DNA of 64,000 nt from NCBI GenBank assembly GCA_963738945.1, contig CAVTYD010000003.1, positions 302,114 through 366,113 of the forward strand, read 5' to 3'. The notes beneath the pieces were generated by a model. The model had not been told where the DNA came from, made no database searches, and worked only from the letters and a program-made list of their open reading frames with translations. Numbering within the stretch: position 1 is the first letter of the stretch; every line of letters begins with the position of its first letter. Below are positions 29,010 through 38,479 of the stretch, piece by piece. Source of the DNA: an uncultured Acidobacteriota bacterium (lineage in GTDB: Bacteria > Acidobacteriota > Thermoanaerobaculia > UBA5066 > Gp7-AA6). Both the position numbers and the translations under genes were made by a program.

Positions 29010-29303
29010 CTACGGGACGCGCTGAGGCGCCCGCGCCGATCGGGAGGTTCCGCGACGGCCGGTCGCGAGGCCGAGCGCGAGGAAGACGACGGCGCCCGCG
29101 GCGGCGCCGATGGCCTGGCCCCGGATCAGCCTCGAAGTCACGTAGCGCACGACATCCGGAAGGTTGACCATCGCGGCCGGCTGTCCTCCCTTCGCCAGGT
29201 ACCCCGCTTCGTTGTACCAGGACAACATCGGCGGAACGACGAACGAGGCCGCCGCGACGCCCACGAGCGCGCCCGCGAGGATCCAGAGAAGGAGGGTCTT
29301 CAT
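29010..29303 (-). CDS. Small membrane protein (2 TM)
   Basis: Hydrophobic N- and C-terminal segments are present. No family recognised. Confidence 0.4.
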   Translation of the reverse strand: MKTLLLWILAGALVGVAAASFVVPPMLSWYNEAGYLAKGGQPAAMVNLPDVVRYVTSRLIRGQAIGAAAGAVVFLALGLATGRRGTSRSARAPQRVP

Positions 29304-29333
29304 CGCCGCGTCACGCCGCCCGTCCCGGCGGGC

Positions 29334-29669
29334 TCAGCGCTCCGGCTCGACGACGACCGCCGTGCCGTAGGCGAGGACCTCCGTGACGCCGGCCGAGACC
29401 TCGGTCGCATCGTAGCGAAAGGCGATCACCGCGTTGGCACCCATCTGCTCGGCGTGCCGCGCCATCAGCTCGAAGGCCTCCTGGCGGGCGTGCTCGCACA
29501 TCTCGCTCCAGAGCGTGATGTTGCCGCCGAAGAGACTCTGAATGCCGGCTCCCAGCGTGCCGACGATCGAGCGCGAGCGCACGACGATTCCCCGCACGAT
29601 CCCGAGCGTCCGGATGACGCGATAGCCGGAAAGCTCCTGGGCGGACGTCGTGAAGGCGTGGCTGAGCAT
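29334..29669 (-). CDS. YbjQ/UPF0145 (DUF74) family protein
   Basis: The family-typical stretch SGYRVIRTLGIVRGIVVRSRSIVG...ANAVIAFRYD is present. Length is 111 aa. Confidence 0.75.
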   Translation of the reverse strand: MLSHAFTTSAQELSGYRVIRTLGIVRGIVVRSRSIVGTLGAGIQSLFGGNITLWSEMCEHARQEAFELMARHAEQMGANAVIAFRYDATEVSAGVTEVLAYGTAVVVEPER

Positions 29670-29691
29670 CTCGATGAGGCGGCGGAGCCTC

Positions 29692-30126
29692 TCAGACCGC
29701 CTGTTCGACCACGAGCTCGGGATCGAACCGGAGCAGCGGCGATTCCCCGGCGGCGGGGCGGCGCAGCGCCGGAAAGACCCGGGCCCGATTGGCGCTGGCC
29801 AGGCATCCCATGATCAGCAGCCCCACTCCGGTTCCGACCGGAAAGGCCAGGGAACCGATCGCGGCGAACGCGAAGGCGAAGTTCCGTGCCCACAGGTGAT
29901 GCCGCCGGAGGTAATAGCCCACCGCGGAGTAAGCCGTCGCGAGCACGAGGGATATTCCGGGGAGGATGAGGTCCGAGGCCACGCGGCCCGACCAGAAGAC
30001 GCTGATTCCCACCGCGGCCGTCAGGAGCGCCTGGACCGCGAGCAGGTAGAAGATGAAGCCGACGGCCTGGATCAGCCGCCGGGCAAATCGCGCCTCGAGG
30101 GGACGCCGCACGCGTGTCACCGTCAT
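29692..30126 (-). CDS. Membrane protein (4 TM), hypothetical
   Basis: An ATG at 30126 (MTVTRVRRPL) is preferred. The longer ORF would include a terminator hairpin. It lies upstream of ybjQ. Confidence 0.45.
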   Translation of the reverse strand: MTVTRVRRPLEARFARRLIQAVGFIFYLLAVQALLTAAVGISVFWSGRVASDLILPGISLVLATAYSAVGYYLRRHHLWARNFAFAFAAIGSLAFPVGTGVGLLIMGCLASANRARVFPALRRPAAGESPLLRFDPELVVEQAV

Positions 30127-30159
30127 GAGCCCACCTCCACTCCCGAACCGGCTTTCGCC

Positions 30160-30193
30160 GACAAAAAAAGAAACGGGCGCCTCGCGGCGCCCC
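30160..30193 (-). terminator. Intrinsic terminator (minus strand): GC hairpin + T-tract
   Basis: GGGCGCC-TCGC-GGCGCCC is preceded on the plus strand by ACAAAAAAAGAAAC, which gives a T-tract on the minus strand. Confidence 0.55.
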
Positions 30194-30365
30194 ACTCCGT
30201 CAATCGACCGAAGCGACGAACTTCAACTTCGTCGAGTCTCCCCTCACACCGTCATCGAGAATGCCATCCGGCGATTGTCTCTTCGAGTTTTATAACACGC
30301 ACTTCGCCGCGAGCAGCGATTTTTTTTACGCCGCCTTCACGAGACCCGCGGCGGAGAACCCGTGG

Positions 30366-30965
30366 TCAACCGCGGCTCTCGAGCTCGCGCAGAACTCGGA
30401 AGCCGTAGTCCGAATACCGATAGGACGGAGGAAGGCTGCTCGACGCCGAGGGCGCGGACCATCGCACCGCGTGCCTCCACGATCCGCCGCGGCTCGCGCG
30501 GCGCGCCGGCCCGCGCGAATCCCGGCACCACTCGTGAATCGCCGTCCCCATGTCGTGAAGGCCGTAGGCGTTGGGCCGTCCACGGCCGGCCTCCCACGGC
30601 CCGGAGAGCGGACCGTCGGGAATCTCGCCCTCGGGAATCTCGCCGCCCCACGCCGTTGCCGGCGACGCGAGGCCGCCGCTCGCCGCCCGCTCCCACTCCG
30701 CCTCGGTCGGAAGCCGCCAGCGCCCGCCGTGAACGCCGCAAAGCCACGCACAGAACGCGGCGGCGTCGTCCCATGAGACGCCGACGACCGGCTGGCTCGC
30801 CGAGGCGAAGCGAGGATCGCTCCACCAGGGCGGCGCGGGAACGATCCCTCCCTCGACGGCGGGAGCGTACTCGGCGTTGACGACGGCCGTCCGGCCCAGG
30901 AAGAATGCCGGCGCCGCCGGAGCGGCCGGAATCGGCACGACGGCGGGTGGCCGCGCCGGCGTCAC
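30366..30965 (-). CDS. Formylglycine-generating-enzyme (SUMF1/FGE-sulfatase, DUF323) domain protein, short form
   Basis: WRLPTEAEWE, AYGLHDMGTAIHEWC and GGSW motifs are present. The GTG start overlaps the stop of the upstream degraded Vps10-like gene. Confidence 0.65.
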   Translation of the reverse strand: MTPARPPAVVPIPAAPAAPAFFLGRTAVVNAEYAPAVEGGIVPAPPWWSDPRFASASQPVVGVSWDDAAAFCAWLCGVHGGRWRLPTEAEWERAASGGLASPATAWGGEIPEGEIPDGPLSGPWEAGRGRPNAYGLHDMGTAIHEWCRDSRGPARRASRGGSWRHAVRWSAPSASSSLPPSYRYSDYGFRVLRELESRG

Positions 30966-33900
30966 GGCGCGCCGGGAGTCTCCGTGGCCCGCAGCGCGGG
31001 AAGCGACGCGGCCTCGAGTGAGCGGTTCGTCTTCGGCAGCTCCGAGTCGAGAAAGGCGCGCCAGCCCGCCAGGGACCGCTCGACCGACTCCTTGCGCTCG
31101 CCGAATCCGACGGCCGCGTCCGGCGAAGGCGCGGCATCGGCGCTCTCGACGGCGCCCTCGAACCGCGCGAGCATCGCGTTGATGCGCAGAAGGCTCGTCG
31201 CCGACGCGTCGGAGAGGTTGAAGAACTCTTCCGGATTCACCGCGGGCCCCGCGACCGGCACCATCGCCCGCTCGAAATCCGCCAGCGCTGCCGCGGCGCC
31301 TTCCGGGGCCTTGCCCGAGAGAGCCGCCGCCTGCTCGCGGAGTGAGCGGGCCTGACGGAGCGCGGCCGCGACCCGGACCCGCTCGGCCTCGACCTGGCGG
31401 GCGAGCTCGAACTGGCGGACCAGCGCCTCATCCGTGACGGCAACCCGGGGGTCCCGTTCGACGGTCAGCGGCTGGCTCAGCGTCTTTCCCCCCGCGGTGA
31501 GGCGAACCGTGTAGCGTCCCGGCGGCGCCCACACGCCGAACCGGGCTCCACGCCGGCCCCGCGAAAGCTCCGGCGGCGCCCCATAGTGCAGGTCCCACAC
31601 GAACCGATGCATCCCGGCCGACGCCGGGGGCGGCGCCGGGGGCTCGACCCAGTCCTCCGTGACCTGGATCCGCTGCAGGTCCGGCGCCTCGAACCTGTCG
31701 TCGCTCGCGTAGCGCCGGACGGACTCGCCGCGGGGATCCAGGATCTCGAGGACGACCGGTGCGGCCGGCGAATCCCTCAGGAAGTAGTCGATCACCGCAC
31801 CGCGAGGCGGATTCTCGGCCGCGGGCTCGTCCTTCGGCTCCGGCGTGCCCTGGAAGAGGGCGGGATTCAGGCGCACCGCGGGCCGCGGCGAAAAGAGCCA
31901 GACGTTCGCGGCGGCGATCTTCGCGTCGAGCTGGCGCAGCGGCGACGAATCGTCGAGCACCCAGAAGGATCGGCCATGAGTCCCGATGACGAGATCGCCG
32001 CGGCGGATCGCGATGTCTCGCACCGAGCAATTGGGCAGGTTGAGCGAGAGCGGCTGCCAATGATCACCGTCGTCGAAGGACACGAACGGGCCGGTCTCGG
32101 TCCCCGCGTAGAGCAGCCCGCGACGCTCCGGATCCTCGCGCACGACGTTGACGAAGCTTCCGAAGGGAATTCCGCGCACCGCCGGCGTCCACGTCTTTCC
32201 CGCATCGCGCGTCCGGTAGACGTACGGAGCGAGATCGTCGAGACGATGGCGATCGACGGCCGCAAAGACCGTGTCCGCGTCGAAGTGAGACGCCTCGAGT
32301 ACGCCGATCTTCGACCAGGCCGCCAGTCCCGCGGGCGTGACGTTGTCCCAGTGGGCGCCGTCGTCGCGCGTGCGCCACACGAGCCCGTCGTCGGTTCCGC
32401 ACCAGAGAAGGCCGTCGACGAGGGGCGAAGCCGCGATCGCGTACACCACGCCGCGGCGCGGGTCCGGCCTCGGCGCTGTCGGCGACGGTCGCGGGATCGA
32501 GCGTCGCGGGAATCTCGGGATTCTCGCGCGTCAGGTCCGGGCTGATCTTCTCCCAGTGTTGCCCGCCGTCGGTCGTGCGGAAGACGAACTGGTTTCCGAA
32601 ATACAGGGCGTGCGGCGCCCGCGGCGAGGCCGCCAGCGGCAGGGTCCACTCGCCGCGATAGTCGCCCGGATAGGCGAGCGTCGGATCCACGTCCTGCTCC
32701 TGAAGCGTGGTCCAGTCGAATCGGCCGACGCCGCCCCCGAAGACGATCGTCGGCTTCTCGGGGTCCGGCGCGAGATAGCCGTTCTCGCCGCCGACCGCGA
32801 TCGGGCGCCAGTCGCGCAGCGTGATCGAGGAGTAATCGGTGCGCGAGGGAGAGGCCGCGGCCCCGGAGTCCTGCTGCGCGCCGTAGATCCAGTAGGGGAA
32901 GCGGTCGTCGGTCGACACGTGGTAGAACTGCGCGGTCGGCTGGTTGTACCAGGAGCTCCACGTCCGGCCGCCGTCCACGGTGATCGACGGCGCCCTGATC
33001 GCTGCCGACGATCATGCGCCGCGGGTCCTCCGGATCGATCCAGCAGCACGTGGTAGTCGTCGCCGCCCGGCGCTCCCTTGACCGGCAGAAACGTCCGGCC
33101 GCCGTCGGCGGATTGTACATCGCGGTGTCGCACGTGTAGATCGTGTTGGCGTCCTTCGGATCGACGGTCAGCTCGCCGAAGTACCAGCCGCGCTCCCAGA
33201 TCCGCCGGTCGCCGCTCGCCTTCTTCCACGTCGACCCGCCGTCGGACGAGGACCAGAGGCCACCCTCCTTCGCGTCGACGAGTCGCGTACACGCGCTGCG
33301 GGTCGCTCGCCGCGAAGGCCACGCCGACACGCCCGAGCTTCTCGGAGGGGAAGCCCCCCGCGACCGGCGTCCACGTGTCGCCGCCGTCTTCCGTGCGGTA
33401 CAGAGCCGCTGCCGGGACCGTTCGAGGGCGGATAGACGTTCCACGGCGGCCGGCGCGTCTGCCAGAGCGCGGCGAAGATCCGTTTCGCGTTGGCCGGGTC
33501 GATGGCGAGATCGATCGCGCCGGTGTCGGAGTCCTTGAAGAGGATCCGGCGACCAGGTGTGACCGCCGTCGAGCGAACGAAACACGCCGCGCTCGGGATT
33601 CGGGCCGTAGGCATGGCCGAGCGCGGCCACGTACACGCGGTTTGCGTCGCGGGGGTCGACGACGATGCGCGCCGATCTGGCGCGTCGCTTCGAGCCCGAT
33701 GTGCGTCCACGTCCTGCCGCCGTCGTCCGGATCGGTACATGCCGTTGCCGTACGAGATGTCCGAGCGCATGTCGGCCTCGCCGGTTCCGACGTAGAGCAC
33801 GCGCGGAATCCGAGGGAGCGACGGCGATCGCGCCGATCGAGGCGACCGGCTGCGGAGTCGAAGATCGGCTCCCACGTGCGGCCCGCGTTGCGCGTTTCCC

Positions 33901-34150
33901 AGACGCCGCCGCCGACCGCGCCGAAATAGAAGCGGTTCGGCTGTCCCGAAACGCCCGCGACCGCGAGCACGCGGCCGCCGCGGAACGGACCGACCATCCG
34001 CCACTTCAGGCCCGAGAGCAGAGCGGCGTCGTACGGCTGCGCGGCGAGAAACGGCGCCGACGCCCACAGCAGGATCGAGACTCCGAGCCGAAGCGCCTTC
34101 GACAATCCGCACCTCCTCGAACGGCGGCGATTATACGAGCCGTGTGACAT
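30962..34150 (-). pseudogene. Degraded paralog of the sortilin/Vps10 BNR-repeat gene: >=9 frameshifts between ~32450 and ~33870; C-terminal 495 codons (30962..32449) intact
   Basis: Five overlapping ORFs in three reading frames (32531..34150, 33168..34112, 31867..33636, 32064..32978, 30962..32449) each carry consecutive segments that are co-linear with gene 12376..15600 at about 55-60% identity. The signal peptide is in the first fragment. Confidence 0.6.
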
Positions 34151-34199
34151 CTCGCCGCAATGCGGCGGAAGACGCGGCGGTGTGCCATCGCGACCCAGT

Positions 34200-34215
34200 C
34201 GCGAAAATTTTCGCG
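34200..34215. promoter_or_regulatory. Perfect 16-bp palindrome CGCGAAAATTTTCGCG (candidate operator) ~80 nt upstream of lipoprotein gene
   Basis: The palindrome is seen directly in the sequence. A second inverted repeat, TCGCGAG-N7-CTCGCG, is adjacent. Confidence 0.4.
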
Positions 34216-34292
34216 AGATCGAAACTCGCGCCGCGTAATCGCGTCTAAGAAGAGTGTCGGTTCGAGGTCGGCTACTTTCGAATGGAGGTCAC

Positions 34293-34616
34293 ATGAAGAG
34301 GTTGTCCCTGGGAATCCTCGCTACGGCGGCCCTCGCGTTGGGCGCCGCGGCATGCAGTTCGAACGGGTTCAGCAACGTCGCGGTGACGAAGGATCCTTCC
34401 GTCGTCGCCGGCTGCGAGAAGGTCGCCGACGTCAAGGCCAAGCCCGGCGTCTTCGACGAGTCGGACGCGCAGACTCAGCTGACGCGCGCCGCGCAGTCGC
34501 ACGGCGCCAACACCGTCCTTCTCGCGAACGACGACGCGAACGCGGGCACCGCATACCGCTGCTCCATGCCGTCGGTCGCGGCGACCACCAAGACCGGGAA
34601 CAGCGGCACGCACTGA
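34293..34616 (+). CDS. DUF4156-like small lipoprotein
   Basis: A GGAGG ribosome-binding site precedes the start. There is a signal peptide plus lipobox (LGAAAC). The core (GCE...GANTVLL...AYRC) matches DUF4156. Confidence 0.6.
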   Translation: MKRLSLGILATAALALGAAACSSNGFSNVAVTKDPSVVAGCEKVADVKAKPGVFDESDAQTQLTRAAQSHGANTVLLANDDANAGTAYRCSMPSVAATTKTGNSGTH

Positions 34617-34650
34617 TCGGGCACCGTCCCGAGATCTTTCTTCCTCCTCG

Positions 34651-34691
34651 CCGCGGCCGCTGAACTCGGGCGGCCGCGGCACATTTTCTCC
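34651..34691 (+). terminator. Intrinsic terminator candidate after lipoprotein gene
   Basis: A 10-bp GC stem (CCGCGGCCGC...GCGGCCGCGG) has a 9-nt loop and is followed by CACATTTTCTCC. Confidence 0.5.
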
Positions 34692-34712
34692 GCCTCCGCC
34701 GCCGGCGAAGGA

Positions 34713-35483
34713 TCAGGCTCCCCAGAAGCCCACGACGTCGGCGATCCGGCCGTCGGGGGCGAAGGTGAAGACGTTGGTACCTTTGCCGACCGCAGCGCCC
34801 GCCCCGTCGCGGGCCTCCCACCGAACGAGAGCGCGGCCGTGCGAGAGCGCGGGGTCACCGGTGCGGACGATCGTCATCCCCGGCATGAAGCGCTTCGTCG
34901 CGCCGATCTGAGCGTCGAGGTCGTCGCACCCCGTCAGAACGCCGTAATCGTCGCAGAAGGTGACGTCGGCCGTGCAGCACGCCGCCAGCCGATCGCGGCG
35001 CAATGCCGCGTCGGCTTCGTTCCACGACGCGAACCAGCGATCGGCCGCGGCGGACGCGCCGGCGTGGGCCTCGCCGGTCGCGACCCTCGAGAACACGGAG
35101 AGCTGGTAGCGCCAGCCCTGGACGAACTCACGGGCGATCCCGGCGCTCGGGAAATCCGTATGCCGGAGCGTGAGCAGCGTTCCGCGCGGGGTCTCCTCGA
35201 GCGTCACGATCACGGTCGAGCCGCCGGGAGGAATCGGGGCATCGGGGCCCTCGTTTCCAAACGTGAAGACGACGCGCCCCGGAGACTCAATCTCGCGAAA
35301 GACTCCCGACGCGCGCTGACCGTTCGGATAGCGGATGTCGATCGCGCCGCCCGGCCGCGGATCCACCGTCGAGCCGTCTCCCCACCACGCGGCGAACCGC
35401 GCCGGGTCCGTGAAGTAGCGAAACACCGTCTCCCGCGGTGCGCGGATCTCGATCCGGCGCACGACCTCCGGCGCATCCCTCAT
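34713..35483 (-). CDS. SRPBCC (AHSA1/Aha1-like) domain fused to NTF2-like domain
   Basis: The N-terminal domain matches the activator-of-Hsp90-ATPase-like SRPBCC fold. The ATG overlaps the ArsR stop (ATGA). Confidence 0.6.
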   Translation of the reverse strand: MRDAPEVVRRIEIRAPRETVFRYFTDPARFAAWWGDGSTVDPRPGGAIDIRYPNGQRASGVFREIESPGRVVFTFGNEGPDAPIPPGGSTVIVTLEETPRGTLLTLRHTDFPSAGIAREFVQGWRYQLSVFSRVATGEAHAGASAAADRWFASWNEADAALRRDRLAACCTADVTFCDDYGVLTGCDDLDAQIGATKRFMPGMTIVRTGDPALSHGRALVRWEARDGAGAAVGKGTNVFTFAPDGRIADVVGFWGA

Positions 35484-35791
35484 CGTCCTGCCTCCCCTTC
35501 TTCCGTTTCCGCCAGCGACTTCAGCTCGTCGAGCTTGTCCGCCCACATCCGCTCGAGCCGCGCCAGCAGCCGCCGCACGGCCGCGCGGTCCGCGCGATAG
35601 AGGCGACGCCGGCCGTCCGGGCGCATGCGCACGGCCCCGGCCTCGCGCAGCGTCTTCAGGTGCTGCGACACGGCGCCGAACGTGACGTCGCCGATCGCAC
35701 GGTGGATCTCGCCCGCTTCGCGCTCCCGCTTCCAGACGATCGAGAGGATCTCGCGCCTCCGGGGTTCGGCCAGCGCCTGAAACAGGTCCAC
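35480..35791 (-). CDS. ArsR/SmtB-family transcriptional regulator
   Basis: The protein is 103 aa with a wHTH. It shows the typical ArsR–SRPBCC gene pairing. Confidence 0.75.
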   Translation of the reverse strand: MDLFQALAEPRRREILSIVWKREREAGEIHRAIGDVTFGAVSQHLKTLREAGAVRMRPDGRRRLYRADRAAVRRLLARLERMWADKLDELKSLAETEEGEAGR

Positions 35792-35870
35792 GGAAAATAC
35801 TTTAGCAGATACTAAATCATTTAGACTCGCCGGGATCGGCGCGGAGCCCCCCGCGTCGGCCCGGCGACCG

Positions 35871-38324
35871 CTATTCCGAGCGGAGCGCTTCCAGCGGATT
35901 CACGCGCGACGCCCTCAGCGCCGGCACGGCGCTCGCCGCGGCCGCGATCGCGAAGAGGATCGCGACGACCACGGCGAAGGTCGCCGGGTCCCTCGGCTCC
36001 ACGCCGAAGAGGAAACCCGAGAGCGCCTGCGACAGGAAGAGGGCCGCCACCGTCCCGACGGCGATCCCGATCGCGGCGTAGGCCATGCCGCGTCGGACGA
36101 CGAGGCCGAGCACTCCGGCCCGCGACGCCCCGAGCGCCAGGCGAATCCCGATCTCCCGGCGGCGCCGGCTGACGAGGTACGAGAGCACGCCGGCCACTCC
36201 GACTGCGGCGAGCAGCAGCGCAAGGCCCGCGAAGATCGCGAGCAGCGTGCCGGTCAGGCGAGGCGTCGCGAGCGACGCATCCACGACGTCGGTCATCCGC
36301 CGCGCGTTCGCCACGGGGAGGCTCGGATCGAGAGCGCGCACCTCGCGGCGGACGGGGCCGACGAGGGTCATCGGGTCGCCGTCCGTGCGAACGACGATGG
36401 TCATCCCCCGGGAGGCGTCACCGCCGCGCGCGTTCGGAAACTGCGCGTAGGGAACGTAGAACTTCTCCTTGATCGCGGCCGTGACGCCGTTGTGCCTCTC
36501 GTCGCGCAGAAGCCCCACGACCTCCATCGACGGCCGAACCTTCTCCGAGCTCATGCGGAGGTGCTTGCCGATCGGGTCCTGGCCCGGCCAGTATGTCCGC
36601 GCGAGCGTCTCGTTGACGAGCACGACCGGAAGCGCGTCCGCCGTGTCGGACGCGGCGAGCGAACGGCCGCGGACGAGATGCTCGCCGAGCGCCTCGAGCG
36701 CGCCGTCGGAGACGACCTGCCAGTCGCCCTTCGCGTGAGTGCCGGGAGGAGCCACGTAACCTTCCGCGTCGAGGCCCCAGTCGCCGATCTCGGCCGCGAG
36801 CGGAAGCTTCCGGACGATCCCCGCGGCACGCACGCCCGGCAGCGCGCGCACGCGGTCGAGCAGAGCGCGATAGAACGCGACGACCGACTCCGGTTTCGGA
36901 TAGGACGCCTCGGGCGGGCGGACCTGCAGCGTCAGGACGTGCCGCGGCTCGAAGCCGAGGTCCACGCGCAGGAGCGCCGCGAGGCTCCGCAGCATCAGGC
37001 CCGCGCCGAGCAGCAGGAGCACGGCCATGGCCATCTGCGCCGCCGCGAGCGCTCCGCGCAGGCCCTGGCGCTCCAGCCCGGCCGACGTGCTCAGGGCCGT
37101 GTCCTTGAGCGAAGCGGCCAGATCGAGGCGGAGCGTCTGCACGACCGGCGCGAAGCCGAAGAGCAGCGTCGTCACGAGCGAGAGGGCGGCGGCGAAGGCG
37201 AGCATCCGCGGCTCGACGCCGAGCGGCGCCATGGCCGGCAGATTCGCTGCCCCGTGGGCCGCGATCAGCCGGACGCCTCCCCAGGCGAGCAGCAGGCCCA
37301 GCGCGCCCCCGGCGCCGGCGAGCACGAAGCTCTCCGTCAGAAGCTGCCGCGTCAGCCGCGCCTTGCCCGCGCCGATCGCGGCGCGCACGGAGATTTCCCG
37401 CTGGCGTCCTTCCGCGCGGGCGAGCAGCAGGTTGGCCACGTTCGCGCAGGCCATCAGCAGAAGAAAGAGGACCGCCCCGAACACGAGACCGAGCGCGCGC
37501 CGCGCCGCCCCGCGGATGTCCTGCTCGAACGAAACGGCAAAGGGCGCGAAGAGCATTTCCGCCGGATAGACGCCCTGGCGCGTCAGGTTCGCGGCGAGAA
37601 CCCGCAGCTCGGCCGTGGCGCGAGCCGCGGTGGCGCCCGGACGGAGGAGACCCGCGGCGTAGTAGCCGTGATTGCCGTGCGACATCTCCTTCGGATCGAA
37701 CTGCACGGGGATCCAGACCTGCGAGGGCTCGGAGGCGTCGACCGTGAAATCGGTCGGCAGGGCGAACCCCCGGGGCATGACGCCGACGACCCGCCGGGCC
37801 ACGCCGTCGAGCTCGATCGTCGAGCCGAGGACCTCGGGGCGGCCGCCGAGGCGATTCTTCCAGAGGCCGTATCCGAGCACCGCGACGGGCGCCCCGCCCG
37901 GACGATCCTCGTCCTCGGTGAAGCCGCGGCCGATCAGGGGCCGGGACCCGAGCGTGTCGAAGGTATTGGCCGTGACGGCCGCGATGCCGACCCGGAGCGG
38001 GTCGGCGCCGCCGCCGGTCAGGTTCGCCTCGTCGCTCTCCCAGGCGGCCACGCTCTGGAGGCTCGGGATCAGCCGGCGGTAGTCCATCACCTCGCCATCG
38101 GCCACCCAGGTCTTGTCGAAGTCCTTCCAGCGGCTCCAGATCATCACCCGGCGCTCCGGCTGGGCGTAAGGAAGGGGGGCGAGCAGGACCGCCCGGATGA
38201 CCGAGAAGATGGCGGTGGTCGCCCCCATCCCGAGCGCCAGCGTCAGCACCGCCGCCGCGGTGAACCCGGGGGAACGCCGCATTCCCCGCAGCGCGTAACG
38301 CACGTCCTGAATAAAGGTGTCCAT
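35871..38324 (-). CDS. ADOP-family duplicated permease (MacB-like, 2x FtsX/DUF214 domains)
   Basis: The MacB_PCD N-terminus (MDTFIQDVRYALRGMRRSPGF), two 4-TM FtsX modules and the C-terminal EALRSE are present. A GGAGG ribosome-binding site precedes the start. Confidence 0.8.
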   Translation of the reverse strand: MDTFIQDVRYALRGMRRSPGFTAAAVLTLALGMGATTAIFSVIRAVLLAPLPYAQPERRVMIWSRWKDFDKTWVADGEVMDYRRLIPSLQSVAAWESDEANLTGGGADPLRVGIAAVTANTFDTLGSRPLIGRGFTEDEDRPGGAPVAVLGYGLWKNRLGGRPEVLGSTIELDGVARRVVGVMPRGFALPTDFTVDASEPSQVWIPVQFDPKEMSHGNHGYYAAGLLRPGATAARATAELRVLAANLTRQGVYPAEMLFAPFAVSFEQDIRGAARRALGLVFGAVLFLLLMACANVANLLLARAEGRQREISVRAAIGAGKARLTRQLLTESFVLAGAGGALGLLLAWGGVRLIAAHGAANLPAMAPLGVEPRMLAFAAALSLVTTLLFGFAPVVQTLRLDLAASLKDTALSTSAGLERQGLRGALAAAQMAMAVLLLLGAGLMLRSLAALLRVDLGFEPRHVLTLQVRPPEASYPKPESVVAFYRALLDRVRALPGVRAAGIVRKLPLAAEIGDWGLDAEGYVAPPGTHAKGDWQVVSDGALEALGEHLVRGRSLAASDTADALPVVLVNETLARTYWPGQDPIGKHLRMSSEKVRPSMEVVGLLRDERHNGVTAAIKEKFYVPYAQFPNARGGDASRGMTIVVRTDGDPMTLVGPVRREVRALDPSLPVANARRMTDVVDASLATPRLTGTLLAIFAGLALLLAAVGVAGVLSYLVSRRRREIGIRLALGASRAGVLGLVVRRGMAYAAIGIAVGTVAALFLSQALSGFLFGVEPRDPATFAVVVAILFAIAAAASAVPALRASRVNPLEALRSE

Positions 38325-38479
38325 GGATGGTCCTCCACGGGCCGGATCGCCCATAGGAGAGGACGCATCCGGCCGGCGGAGGTTCCGCTCCGGCGAGATC
38401 CCGCCTGTAATCCCCCGGCGCGCCCCCTCGTTTTATGGAGTGAAGGCGCCTCGAGACTCAGAAAGGAGACCCAGTCCTC

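Noticed and set aside
30962-34150. Frameshifted Vps10-like region as programmed frameshifting or an assembly collapse of the two paralogs
   Set aside because: At least nine shifts in both directions is incompatible with programmed frameshifting. The paralogs are only ~55–60% identical, so a repeat collapse is unlikely. Genuine decay or local low read quality remain the explanations.
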